56,480 nt of DNA from a virus (Duplodnaviria > Caudoviricetes). Every line of letters starts with the position of its first letter. Position 1 is the stretch's first letter. The translations under genes were made by a program, and so were the position numbers. The stretch covers positions 1-56,480 of IMG/VR virus record IMGVR_UViG_3300022200_000053; one strand, 5' to 3'. Of this stretch, positions 19,090-27,650 are shown piece by piece. Under the pieces are notes generated by a model. That model was not told the DNA's origin. It ran no database searches and worked only from the letters and a program-made list of their open reading frames with translations.

Positions 19090-19159
19090 TAGCTGATCCG
19101 TTAAAGCGGGAGGCAGGGTGCGATCCCCTGCCCAGTTATTGCCACCCACCGAGGGTGGC
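19090..19159 (+). repeat. Family A element 9 (divergent 3' hairpin)
   Basis: CCG-TTAAAG-CGG hairpin and GGCAGGG-TGCGATC-CCCTGCC arm, then GCCACCC-ACCGA-GGGTGGC. Confidence 0.85.
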
Positions 19160-19171
19160 TTACACAAGATC

Positions 19172-19432
19172 ATGCAACCTCTAATCTATCAACCCAAGCA
19201 CGAACATAAGTATCGTGTCGCATGGTATGGCAGTAGCACCCAGCTTCACTTCCAGAAGTACTGCTTAGTTGCCACGCCTGATTTTGATGGAGATTACGAG
19301 TGGATCGACATCGATGTCCGTAATCTCATGGGTGGCCTTCCGAATGGTGTTAAGGAATTGCACCAGGAGATGGAAGATTATTACAACTATGGCATAGTCC
19401 AGGAACAGGACTATGCTGCATCACTTGTCTAA
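19172..19432 (+). CDS. Hypothetical protein
   Basis: MQPLIYQPKHEHKYRVAW..., downstream of element A9. Confidence 0.65.
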   Translation: MQPLIYQPKHEHKYRVAWYGSSTQLHFQKYCLVATPDFDGDYEWIDIDVRNLMGGLPNGVKELHQEMEDYYNYGIVQEQDYAASLV

Positions 19433-19457
19433 CAATCTAGCCTTTTATTTCAGTTAA

Positions 19458-19673
19458 TTGATCATGCAACGTAACGAATTTGTTGACGCTTGTGTTGCTA
19501 TTGTCATTGGCACTGGTAGTGGCTTACTCCTATCTGTTGGAGCACAGAAGTCGCTCAACAACCACTACAAAGCAACGTGCAATGACAGACCAGGACACAA
19601 CCTTGTCTACGCCCACGGACTCTTAGGTGATACTTACTATTGCGTTAAGAGTAAGTACGTAAGTATCAACTGA
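19458..19673 (+). CDS. Small membrane protein
   Basis: N-terminal hydrophobic helix. Confidence 0.55.
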   Translation: MIMQRNEFVDACVAIVIGTGSGLLLSVGAQKSLNNHYKATCNDRPGHNLVYAHGLLGDTYYCVKSKYVSIN

Positions 19674-19674
19674 T

Positions 19675-19720
19675 CTCTGCTCTAAGGGGCTTCGGCCCTT
19701 TACTGCAGGGTTCTCCTGCA
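19675..19720 (+). repeat. Family D element 1 (UUCG hairpin plus second hairpin)
   Basis: AAGGGGC-TTCG-GCCCTTT followed by TGCAGG-GTTCT-CCTGCA. Confidence 0.6.
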
Positions 19721-19748
19721 TCCACTCAACTCAACCCAAGCTAGTTCC

Positions 19749-19988
19749 ATGAACTACCAAGCTGTTGAACATCTCCTCACCCAGGATGCTCGTCTCCTGG
19801 CACGTCGAGATTCTCCTGTCATTGACCAAGAGCTGGAAGAACAGCGTCAAGCTGCACTCGATCTCTTCTTCCAGTGGCAGGATGGTATGTGTCAGTTCCA
19901 AGAGCTGATGCCATTCGTTGCTATCATCCAACGCAAGGTGGATCTCAACAGAGATCTGCTGCGTTGGGAACGTAAGCATGAAGACTGA
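19749..19988 (+). CDS. Hypothetical protein
   Basis: 79 aa with a C/A-rich leader. Confidence 0.65.
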   Translation: MNYQAVEHLLTQDARLLARRDSPVIDQELEEQRQAALDLFFQWQDGMCQFQELMPFVAIIQRKVDLNRDLLRWERKHED

Positions 19989-19989
19989 A

Positions 19990-20038
19990 TCCTGATCGGA
20001 GGGGCTTCGGCCCTTCCCACCAGGACTCAATATCCTGG
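19990..20038 (+). repeat. Family D element 2
   Basis: GGAGGGGC-TTCG-GCCCTTCC followed by CCAGGA-CTCAATA-TCCTGG. Confidence 0.6.
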
Positions 20039-20063
20039 GCACTAAACCCATTGTTACTACGGA

Positions 20064-20330
20064 ATGGCAATTTCAATTGACTACCACGACATCACAGCAG
20101 CTTGTGAAAAGTTCAGGCTTAAGCCCACAGATTATTACCTTGAATTCAACGATCAAGTTGTTTATATGTACTGGGTTGCATGCCCAGTTGATATATATGA
20201 CTACATGAAAGGTGATATGACGTGCCTTGATTTTCAACGTAAAGGCAAGTGGCTCAGCTTTGAAGAATGCTCTGATCAATATGAAGAGCGTCCATTCACA
20301 AACATGCGTTACATCCTGGAGACTATCTGA
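20064..20330 (+). CDS. Hypothetical protein
   Basis: 88 aa. Confidence 0.6.
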   Translation: MAISIDYHDITAACEKFRLKPTDYYLEFNDQVVYMYWVACPVDIYDYMKGDMTCLDFQRKGKWLSFEECSDQYEERPFTNMRYILETI

Positions 20331-20521
20331 TGAAGACGATCTACCGCCTTGGGAAAGGCTACGTCCACATGGATTCTTATCCTGAGACACATGAGACTCG
20401 CCCTTCTATTGCAGTAGTCCTCCTCTCCCTCCTCCTTGCCGCCATCACCGGCGGGGCATTGGTTGGTGTGGATATCACCAAGCCACAACCTGAGGTGTCG
20501 CATCACATCACTGGCTACTAA
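20330..20521 (+). CDS. Small membrane protein
   Basis: Central TM helix IAVVLLSLLLAAITGGALVGV. Confidence 0.6.
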   Translation: MKTIYRLGKGYVHMDSYPETHETRPSIAVVLLSLLLAAITGGALVGVDITKPQPEVSHHITGY

Positions 20522-20531
20522 CCACTGAACT

Positions 20532-20571
20532 ACCTGGGCATCACACGATCACGTGTGTGTAAGTCCCAGGT
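20532..20571 (+). repeat. Family B element 1
   Basis: ACCTGGG-CAT-[CACACG ATCA CGTGTG]-TGTAAGT-CCCAGGT. Confidence 0.9.
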
Positions 20572-20594
20572 CCAACCCTCATCCTCTCGATACC

Positions 20595-20942
20595 ATGACA
20601 ACTCAACTCAAAGAACACATCCAAGTTCTGGAGGCTCGAATCCAGTGCCTGATCGACGCAATGCTCGCCAAGTACGAGAAGGAGTACCAAGTGGGTGGCA
20701 TTGAATTTGAAATTGTGAAAGGCACCAAGTACTACAAGCTGATTGAGAAGAGCACCAGGGCATCAGGAATGGGTGGTACATCTGTCCATGCATTTATTGA
20801 TCGTCAGTCCGGATCTGTCATGAAACCAGCAAGTTGGAAATCACCTGCAAAGCATGTGAGGTACAATCTGATGGATGATGTTTCATATGCTGAATGTCTT
20901 GAGCGTTGTGATTGGGCAGGTGTTTACCTCTACCTTAAATAA
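20595..20942 (+). CDS. Conserved phage hypothetical protein (SVHAF..KPASWKxPAKHVRYNL family)
   Basis: Motif recognised from cyanophage hypothetical proteins. Confidence 0.7.
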   Translation: MTTQLKEHIQVLEARIQCLIDAMLAKYEKEYQVGGIEFEIVKGTKYYKLIEKSTRASGMGGTSVHAFIDRQSGSVMKPASWKSPAKHVRYNLMDDVSYAECLERCDWAGVYLYLK

Positions 20943-20944
20943 CC

Positions 20945-21391
20945 ATGGGATTTAGAACACCTGAGCAAAGGCGGCGTTATTTGCAGAACCGTTATCAACA
21001 ACGGATTCAACAATGCCGCGCTTTATTAGGAGGAAAGTGTGTCAAGTGCGGATGCACTGAAAAGCTGGAGTTTGACCACATCGATCCACTCACAAAGACG
21101 GCATCTATTTCAAGATTGCTTGCCAATGGCAATAAAGCTGACCTTGAGAAAGAGCTACAGAAGTGCCAGTTGTTATGCAATTCATGCCATGTAGCTAAAA
21201 CAGCTGAGAAGAAAGAGAACGTAACCAATGTTAAGTCTTGGTTAATAACCAAGAAAGATTCAAGTACTGTTGTCTGCACCAACTTGTCTCAATGGTGCAA
21301 AGACAATGGCTATAAAGAGCAAGTCTTACGAGACATTGCTAGGAACAGAAGATCATTGAAGTGCGACATTGCTTTTGTGGTCAAATTGTAA
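20945..21391 (+). CDS. HNH endonuclease
   Basis: CVKCG...LEFDHIDP...KCQLLCNSCH. Confidence 0.85.
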   Translation: MGFRTPEQRRRYLQNRYQQRIQQCRALLGGKCVKCGCTEKLEFDHIDPLTKTASISRLLANGNKADLEKELQKCQLLCNSCHVAKTAEKKENVTNVKSWLITKKDSSTVVCTNLSQWCKDNGYKEQVLRDIARNRRSLKCDIAFVVKL

Positions 21392-21396
21392 ACTCC

Positions 21397-21442
21397 TGGG
21401 CATCCTTATTGAGAACTCTTCTCAATAGTGGTGTAAGTCCCA
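21397..21442 (+). repeat. Family B element 2
   Basis: TGGG-CAT-[CC..TATTGAGAA CTC TTCTCAATA..GG]-TGTAAGT-CCCA. Confidence 0.9.
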
Positions 21443-21473
21443 ATCAACTTTCATTCATCACCTGAACATTCCA

Positions 21474-21848
21474 ATGCGCACTCGTATCTCTATCGTCAAA
21501 GAGAACAGGATTTGGAATCTGCGTTGTCAAGGTTACTGCTACGACTCTATCGGTAGCATTGTCAACTGCAACCCTACATCAATCACACGTGTCATCAAGC
21601 GTGTCCGTAACCGTCCACCAGTTGAACAAGATCCTATCCGACGTGGAAGATTGCATTCATTCCTGAGTGATGAGCAGGTAGAAGACATCCGTACACGCAA
21701 GGCTAACGGTGAATCTGCTGTCAAACTTGCAGATGATTACACCGTAACTATTGGTGCCATCTACCACATCACAACGCACCGTACTTACAAGGAACCTTGT
21801 GGTGATGGTGGCTACACATATAACTTTCGTAATCGCTTGATGCGTTAA
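21474..21848 (+). CDS. Helix-turn-helix DNA-binding protein
   Basis: Two HTH-like segments (GYCYDSIGSIVNCNPTSITRVI; GESAVKLADDYTVTIGAIYHI). Confidence 0.65.
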   Translation: MRTRISIVKENRIWNLRCQGYCYDSIGSIVNCNPTSITRVIKRVRNRPPVEQDPIRRGRLHSFLSDEQVEDIRTRKANGESAVKLADDYTVTIGAIYHITTHRTYKEPCGDGGYTYNFRNRLMR

Positions 21849-21850
21849 TC

Positions 21851-21901
21851 CCTGGGCATCCACACCATAATGATTACGTTATGTGTGGTGTAAGTCCCAG
21901 G
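21851..21901 (+). repeat. Family B element 3
   Basis: CCTGGG-CAT-[CCACAC.CATAA..TTATG.TGTGG]-TGTAAGT-CCCAGG. Confidence 0.9.
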
Positions 21902-21928
21902 TTCCTGTCTACTTAGTCAACTCAAATT

Positions 21929-22108
21929 ATGTACAGCAACTACGAAGCAGACTACATGGATGCAATGGCTGATCGCCTTGCTGACATTGATGATGCCATC
22001 CGTGAATCTGAGCAAGATGAATGGGGTGGTGTCGAAGAGATCTCGGCAGAAGAACGTTATGCCTGTGAGCTCTACAACGAACGTAACGTCTACCCTTACT
22101 ACGACTGA
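21929..22108 (+). CDS. Very acidic small protein (59 aa, not in ORF track)
   Basis: MYSNYEADYMDAMADRLADIDDAIRESEQDEW...; follows element B3 and a C/A-rich leader. Confidence 0.6.
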   Translation: MYSNYEADYMDAMADRLADIDDAIRESEQDEWGGVEEISAEERYACELYNERNVYPYYD

Positions 22109-22215
22109 ACCATGCCTACCAAGAAGATCAATCCATGGCAGCAGGCATGGGATGACGGTGACATCATCCTCATCCTTCTTGCTGTCATCTCACTCATCAT
22201 CACTGAACTTGCATC

Positions 22216-22584
22216 ATGTCTTATCTCAGCTGGCTCCAAGCAACCTACCCACGCACCTGGAAACTCCGGCGTGCAATCAACAGCTACAACATCCACAAAG
22301 AGTGGGAAGGTGAAGAGCCAACCACGATCACGATCCACGAAACCTACCAGTGTTACGGAGGACCCGAAGAAGGCGGCTGGTGGTACAACCAAGGCTGGCC
22401 CGTCCAAACCATCTGCATCTTCAACAAGAAGCAAGCGATCAAAGAATACATCCAGTACGCAGACGACTACGAAGTCTGGGACCAACCAGACCTCGGGCTC
22501 ACGTCGACGCGTTCGAACTATGACGTCAACTTCGCGAACGACTTTGCCAAGCACTATCCTGAACAGCGACCTGTCTATTGCTAA
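22216..22584 (+). CDS. Conserved phage protein (YGGPEEGGWW motif)
   Basis: Motif common in phage hypothetical proteins. Confidence 0.7.
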   Translation: MSYLSWLQATYPRTWKLRRAINSYNIHKEWEGEEPTTITIHETYQCYGGPEEGGWWYNQGWPVQTICIFNKKQAIKEYIQYADDYEVWDQPDLGLTSTRSNYDVNFANDFAKHYPEQRPVYC

Positions 22585-22832
22585 TGCCTGAGACCCTTGC
22601 ATTCCCTGGTCTACGGATCACGCAACGGAATCTGTATCAATACTTCTTGGCACACAAGAAGAAGTACAAGAACACACCGTGTTATGTACCAAGGATTCCA
22701 ATGCAGAACTCAAGGCTTGATCAATATCTCAATGCATTGGTCAAGCTTGAGGAGTACGGATTGATATCTGTTGACAGAAGTAGTGATAACTACACAGGCT
22801 GGATCATCACAGATCCTAAGACTGTCGCATAA
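22578..22832 (+). CDS. Winged-helix-like small protein
   Basis: TQRNLYQYF...YLNALVKLEEYGLISV pattern. Confidence 0.55.
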   Translation: MLMPETLAFPGLRITQRNLYQYFLAHKKKYKNTPCYVPRIPMQNSRLDQYLNALVKLEEYGLISVDRSSDNYTGWIITDPKTVA

Positions 22833-22902
22833 CATCATAACACTTCTGTAGTATTGGTTGGTATTGGTCATTAGGCAATACATGCCAATACTACAGTCCA
22901 CA

Positions 22903-22940
22903 CCTGGGCATCCACCTATCATGGTGGTGTAAGTCCCAGG
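22903..22940 (+). repeat. Family B element 4
   Basis: CCTGGG-CAT-[CCACC TATCAT GGTGG]-TGTAAGT-CCCAGG. Confidence 0.9.
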
Positions 22941-22969
22941 ACTTTCCATTTACTTCACACCCAAACACA

Positions 22970-23242
22970 ATGACTCAAGTTAACGCTTCCATTCAGAACG
23001 AGTACTACTATCTCGAAGAGGTGCGCTCCATCTTGAAGAATGTTCTTGCCCGTGAAAGCAAGCGTCATCAAATGGATCAACACCTTGCACCACAAACTGA
23101 AGGTGTCGTAGAAGAAATCCTTGCCATGCTTGAAGAGGAACTTGACTACGATCCCACACCTTCGGAGCAAGGCGAGCCGCCTATCACAATGTATGAACTG
23201 CATGATGCCGCATGGAAACAACATGTGGCCATGCACTCATGA
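22970..23242 (+). CDS. Hypothetical protein
   Basis: 90 aa after element B4. Confidence 0.65.
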   Translation: MTQVNASIQNEYYYLEEVRSILKNVLARESKRHQMDQHLAPQTEGVVEEILAMLEEELDYDPTPSEQGEPPITMYELHDAAWKQHVAMHS

Positions 23243-23426
23243 GTGATCCAAGCCTTGCTGGCATCTAGATAGTACATAAGTATTCCCCCCTCACACTCCC
23301 CGGTGGAGTACCAGGGGGGATCTATGTCTTATATAAGAACTTATTATGTACACTCCTCTATCTAGTACTTGCATTACCTGGTAGACTAACCCAGTCTTTA
23401 GACCACATCACATCAACTCAACACCA

Positions 23427-23639
23427 ATGACTAATCCCAACACTCCTCGTATTCCTGACTCACTTGACATGCAACGACTGCAAGCTATGCAGCTCGTAGC
23501 CAAGATGAAAGAATCAGCTGAGAAACATGGCATTGGATTCATCGGTGGATTCATTTCTCCCAATGGAGAGAAGTTTGTCATGACAAATATGGATGATCAA
23601 GATGACATCAACGCACTCATGCCGGAGGATCTTAAGTAA
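23427..23639 (+). CDS. Hypothetical protein
   Basis: 70 aa with a C/A-rich leader. Confidence 0.65.
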   Translation: MTNPNTPRIPDSLDMQRLQAMQLVAKMKESAEKHGIGFIGGFISPNGEKFVMTNMDDQDDINALMPEDLK

Positions 23640-23693
23640 ATTTAGATCAGAGCACGGTTTGTACCGTGCTCTAAACATTAATCATCTAATTAC

Positions 23694-23894
23694 ATGGCAC
23701 AAGAGAAATCACCTATCAACTTTGACAAAACTATTGCTGGATTCAATGTTACAGAACATGGAATCAAATCGTACAGCAAATCATTTAAACTTGGTCCATT
23801 CCAACTCACACTCAATGCACGTGAGTCTGGTGTGCGTGGATCAATCAGTATCCCTGGCACTGGACTAAGCAAACGAAACATTAAATTAATCTAA
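23694..23894 (+). CDS. DUF4236-like small protein
   Basis: KSFKLGPFQLTLN...SISIPGTGLS resembles DUF4236. Confidence 0.55.
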   Translation: MAQEKSPINFDKTIAGFNVTEHGIKSYSKSFKLGPFQLTLNARESGVRGSISIPGTGLSKRNIKLI

Positions 23895-23897
23895 AGA

Positions 23898-23983
23898 TTG
23901 GGCATCTAACAGAATACATCCTCCCCTCACACTCCCCTAGTGGAGTACCAAGGGGATCTTTTATTCTTTAGTGTAAGTCCTAG
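23898..23983 (+). repeat. Family B element 5 (long insert)
   Basis: TTGGG-CAT-[CTAA...long hairpin...TTAG]-TGTAAGT-CCTAG. Confidence 0.8.
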
Positions 23984-24011
23984 GTTTATTCTCTATTTAC
24001 TTAACACAAAC

Positions 24012-24218
24012 ATGACTGATACCAAGCTCGACGAATTCCACGCAAAAGCAGCACAACTCATTCGTGCAATTATTATCAACGCAATTAAAGACACTGCCGA
24101 TTGTCATTGGCGTGTTGCTGAAGGACCAGAGGAAGGTAGCCAGATGGTTCGTGTCCGTGACCTAATGGCATGGGCCGAACAAACTGCATCCAACCTGGAG
24201 AAAACTGATGACAACTGA
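24012..24218 (+). CDS. Hypothetical protein
   Basis: MTDTKLDEFH..., after element B5. Confidence 0.6.
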   Translation: MTDTKLDEFHAKAAQLIRAIIINAIKDTADCHWRVAEGPEEGSQMVRVRDLMAWAEQTASNLEKTDDN

Positions 24219-24576
24219 ACCAAACCCAGCATTGAAATTAGGTGACTTAATAGAACAGCTTGAATCAGACATTGATTGCTATAAGATTAGCACGAGCGAG
24301 GCTCTTGCACGTGCCTATGCCGCTGGCGCTGATCAGCAACTTGCAGAAGACGCAAAGTGGCTAGATCACCATGCTCTGAATGCAGCACATCTAAAAACTA
24401 TTCCCGTAGGTGACTTGCTAAAAGAAGCTATGCGTCCCAAACCGCCGAGCTTAAAGGCACAGGCACTGCAGGCTCTTGCAAATGCAGACGGTGCTGATCA
24501 TCCGGTGGTTGCCACTGTCCTCACTGCAGATCAACACGCGCTGATCCGCCGCGCTCTTGAACTCTTACCTGACTAA
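24208..24576 (+). CDS. Hypothetical protein, paralog of 30747-31079
   Basis: Shares GADx(Q/E)L...RPxPxSLKxQAL...IRRALExLPD. Confidence 0.7.
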   Translation: MTTEPNPALKLGDLIEQLESDIDCYKISTSEALARAYAAGADQQLAEDAKWLDHHALNAAHLKTIPVGDLLKEAMRPKPPSLKAQALQALANADGADHPVVATVLTADQHALIRRALELLPD

Positions 24577-24581
24577 ACACC

Positions 24582-24899
24582 ATGCCTAAGAAACCTGAAC
24601 TCAATCCGCACTTTCCATCTGGACCACGAACAATTACTCTTGACCTTGAAGAGAACCAATGGTGGCATCTTATTTATACCCTTAGGGGTGAAATTGATAA
24701 CTACAAGACACTTCGACTTGATCTTGTTAATAGAGGCAAAGAGAAGTACAAAGAGCACATTGATTTGTATACAGACAGCATTCGAAATACAATCTCTCTT
24801 CTCGAGTCTCTTGAGACACAGATTGCTCCTTTGTATTTCACCAGGGATAGACAAGCTGAATACAGAAAGCGCAAGCTTGACACTATAGAATTTGATTAA
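24582..24899 (+). CDS. Hypothetical protein
   Basis: 105 aa. Confidence 0.6.
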   Translation: MPKKPELNPHFPSGPRTITLDLEENQWWHLIYTLRGEIDNYKTLRLDLVNRGKEKYKEHIDLYTDSIRNTISLLESLETQIAPLYFTRDRQAEYRKRKLDTIEFD

Positions 24900-24902
24900 A
24901 GC

Positions 24903-24958
24903 TTGGGCGTCTGTACTCGTTGTGCAAACAGCACAGAAGGAGGCAGTGTAAGTCCCAA
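24903..24958 (+). repeat. Family B element 6
   Basis: TTGGG-CGT-[CTG...TGTGC AAACA GCACA...CAG]-TGTAAGT-CCCAA. Confidence 0.85.
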
Positions 24959-24988
24959 TGTCCACACCACTCTTATCTCAACTCAACC

Positions 24989-25174
24989 ATGCAAACATTT
25001 GAATCCAATCTTAATCTTTTTCAACGTAACAACATTGCTTCTTGTGCAATACAACGTGCTAAAGAACACCTCTGTGACAACGATCGTTTTGATGGAGAGT
25101 ACGCAACTGTAAAGATGTGGACACGTTACAAGTGTCACATCTCGACCACTGTTTCTTTTGTGGAGCCTGACTGA
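24989..25174 (+). CDS. Hypothetical protein
   Basis: MQTFESNLNLF..., after element B6. Confidence 0.55.
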   Translation: MQTFESNLNLFQRNNIASCAIQRAKEHLCDNDRFDGEYATVKMWTRYKCHISTTVSFVEPD

Positions 25175-25428
25175 TGACTGTTCTTGCCATTGAACATACT
25201 TCATTCATTGATGATACCCATGTCACAATTACAGCAGTTGTTGACGAGATGCGCCTGCTCTATCGGGCAACTCATTTCGAACCTGAAGAGTGGGCTCCTG
25301 CTCTTTGCATTACAACTATCCAGCTGGATCCAGAGGAACCGATTCCTCTTGACGAAGATGGCTTCTGCAGCTATCTTGATCACCTCGATCCTGACTGGCA
25401 AATCGTTGACACCTCAGACGAACAATGA
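25174..25428 (+). CDS. Acidic hypothetical protein
   Basis: 84 aa, coupled start/stop. Confidence 0.65.
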   Translation: MTVLAIEHTSFIDDTHVTITAVVDEMRLLYRATHFEPEEWAPALCITTIQLDPEEPIPLDEDGFCSYLDHLDPDWQIVDTSDEQ

Positions 25429-25580
25429 TTGGCTTCTCAATTGAATTCAAGCGTTGGTATGTGATTGTACGTGGTCCCAAAGGACGTACGTACTTGGCAA
25501 CTGGTTTTGCTAAATGCATGCCAATCATCACACCAACCGGTACCTACACCATTGATCAATACTTAGGACAGTAATGATCA

Positions 25581-25608
25581 CGTCCTGGGCATGACGTTAA
25601 ACTGTCCA
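25581..25608 (+). repeat. Family C pseudoknot 1
   Basis: CGTC-CT-GGGCA-T-GACG-TTAAAC-TGTCC. Confidence 0.9.
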
Positions 25609-25630
25609 TTCCCTTTACCTATTCAATTCA

Positions 25631-25831
25631 ATGCAATTCCAAATTACCAAAATACACTTTGATTTGGATTCTAATGATTTAATTCAGCAACCAAATCTTC
25701 AAGAAAGTTTACAAGAAGAATATGTTGGTCAAATTTGGGAAGCAGACGACGAAGATGACTTAGTTGAAGAGCTAACCTGTGCAACAGGCTGGTGCATTAA
25801 GTCTATAGATTATCGTCACATTCTCAATTGA
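25631..25831 (+). CDS. Small acidic cyanophage-type hypothetical protein
   Basis: WEADDEDDLVEELTCATGWCIKSIDY motif. Confidence 0.7.
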   Translation: MQFQITKIHFDLDSNDLIQQPNLQESLQEEYVGQIWEADDEDDLVEELTCATGWCIKSIDYRHILN

Positions 25832-25836
25832 CCAAC

Positions 25837-25864
25837 CGTCCTGGGCATGACGTTAAACTGCCTA
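25837..25864 (+). repeat. Family C pseudoknot 2
   Basis: CGTC-CT-GGGCA-T-GACG-TTAAAC-TGCCT. Confidence 0.9.
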
Positions 25865-25889
25865 CACTTAACTCAACCCCAACCGCATC

Positions 25890-27617
25890 ATGCAATTTTC
25901 TCTTCCTTCTAACCTGCAACAAGAGCTCCTGGCTTACGATCCAAAGCTCAAAGCTTTAGCTAAGGAGACCAAGGTCAAGACAACCAAGAAGCCTAAGTTT
26001 CCTCTTGGTAAGATTCCTTGCCTCATCCCTACACACATTGTGCGTGAACAACTGCAGCTTGATGCAGTCGAACAGATCAATGCATCGCCTGCAGCAGAAC
26101 GTTTCCATCGATTTACCAAGGTGGTAGATGTTGCTACACCACAAGCACGTACTATCACCACAGCTATTCTGTATCACTTTGAACAATGCTGGTATGCAGC
26201 ATGGCTACCTGGTAAAGATGATGACTACATCTATGGTTACTCTTATGCATTCAAAGATACTGCTGCTGCAGCTAAGGTTGTTCCTAATCAAATCTGGAAT
26301 AGCCGCGAGCATTACAACCAATATGACTTAGGTCGCGGCAGTATTCTTTACTACTGCACTGTATATATGACTAGGAAAGCAATCATTAATGGTGATGATT
26401 CCAGGCGTTGGCGTGCTATTGGTTTATCATCTTGGTCACAGAAAGGACGTGAGATAGCTACTGCACTTTCTCAGTTTGAAGAAGCATTGCAAGCGACTAT
26501 TCCCACATGGACCGATAGTCGTTCTATGTTTGATCGTATCAGCTGTAAAGATATCTGGGATGCACTTGAGATTCCTAGGTTGATGTTCCAGAATGTTACT
26601 AATAAATCACAGCTCTCTCTAACAGTTGATACGTTTATTACCTTGGCCAATAACTGGAGCAATACTGTTAATTACTCATCAACTAGTTATCACATCCTGA
26701 CGCACATCTCCCATATTATCTCAAAGCCTGCGATCAAGAAAAGATTACAGGCTTCACTTGATCGGTCTCTTGTTGCTTACCAAGATGTGACCACAGAGAA
26801 ACGCAAGCAAGTCAAGTATGGCTACAAAGAATTCAGTAAGGTATGTAACTCTATCTATAAGATCAATTGCATCTGGCCTGATACTCCTATTGATCATTAC
26901 CTGAACTACTACGAAGAACTGCGTACATTAGATATTGAGCATTTGCGTACCAGTGGGGTATCGGGTTCTTCTTTATTGATTACTTGGTTGCAAGAAAATA
27001 TGCCCGTTGCATCATTTTTTAACATGGTACGGAAGACCAAAGAAAAGTATGACGCAGAACGTAGTCGTCTCAGCAATTACTCTGATTATGACTACATCAC
27101 TCATAGTCTTTATGAGATGAATGACACATTCTCCATGCTTACTCGTTTGCTTGAGAATGGAAAGATTGTTGAACCTCCCAAGCGTTGGAGGATGCCTGAC
27201 TTCCATGACTATGTGCAAGCAGAGAACTGGAAGATCCAGAACCCTAAGCTCAAGCTGCACCAAGACCTCTTCCCTCAGCCTATCAAGATTGATGTAGCTG
27301 GCGAGACTTGGACTTTCCTGCAGCCTATTGATACGCATCAGCTAGCTGCTTGGGGACAAGCAGTACGTAACTGTGTCGGATCTGCCTCTCACTACGCAGA
27401 AGACATTAAGAAACGTAAGCACTTCATTGTTTTGTGCATGGTAGGTAGCAAGCCAACCTTCACGATTCAGATGGATGTATCCATGGGTGTCATGAACGTC
27501 AAACAAATTGCTGGCGTTGCTAACCAGCGGTTGTCTGATGAGGAACGCGACAAGTACAGCGCTGCCTTCAAGCAGGCTTTACAGCAGCGTGAAAAGCAGC
27601 TAGCATCTGAGAGCTGA
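25890..27617 (+). CDS. PcfJ-domain protein
   Basis: C-terminal HD...QLAAWGQAVRNCVGS...FTI...QIAGVAN pattern typical of PcfJ-like domains. Confidence 0.75.
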   Translation: MQFSLPSNLQQELLAYDPKLKALAKETKVKTTKKPKFPLGKIPCLIPTHIVREQLQLDAVEQINASPAAERFHRFTKVVDVATPQARTITTAILYHFEQCWYAAWLPGKDDDYIYGYSYAFKDTAAAAKVVPNQIWNSREHYNQYDLGRGSILYYCTVYMTRKAIINGDDSRRWRAIGLSSWSQKGREIATALSQFEEALQATIPTWTDSRSMFDRISCKDIWDALEIPRLMFQNVTNKSQLSLTVDTFITLANNWSNTVNYSSTSYHILTHISHIISKPAIKKRLQASLDRSLVAYQDVTTEKRKQVKYGYKEFSKVCNSIYKINCIWPDTPIDHYLNYYEELRTLDIEHLRTSGVSGSSLLITWLQENMPVASFFNMVRKTKEKYDAERSRLSNYSDYDYITHSLYEMNDTFSMLTRLLENGKIVEPPKRWRMPDFHDYVQAENWKIQNPKLKLHQDLFPQPIKIDVAGETWTFLQPIDTHQLAAWGQAVRNCVGSASHYAEDIKKRKHFIVLCMVGSKPTFTIQMDVSMGVMNVKQIAGVANQRLSDEERDKYSAAFKQALQQREKQLASES

Positions 27618-27650
27618 AGCCAAGGCAAGGGGCGTCTATCCTCGTTATAG

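Noticed and set aside
16880-19159. CRISPR array interpretation of the family-A repeats
   Set aside because: Inter-repeat segments are roughly 150-310 bp, variable in length and contain complete ORFs with RBSs; there is no cas operon
16880-19159. Calling family-A elements functional tRNA genes
   Set aside because: They lack an anticodon arm and are only about 40-60 nt
16890-19432. ORF-track N-terminal extensions such as PSAEMGTA and APSGDGHRT
   Set aside because: They are translations of the repeats; the real starts lie downstream, after the RBS
21960-22602. Alternative-frame ORFs 21960-22313, 22112-22591 and 22099-22602
   Set aside because: They are largely S/T-rich or antisense shadows of 21929-22108 and 22216-22584, although a short TM peptide starting at 22112 cannot be excluded
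25581-25608. Pistol ribozyme interpretation of family C
   Set aside because: The P1, loop pseudoknot and TAAA resemble pistol, but P2, P3 and the GU cleavage junction are absent
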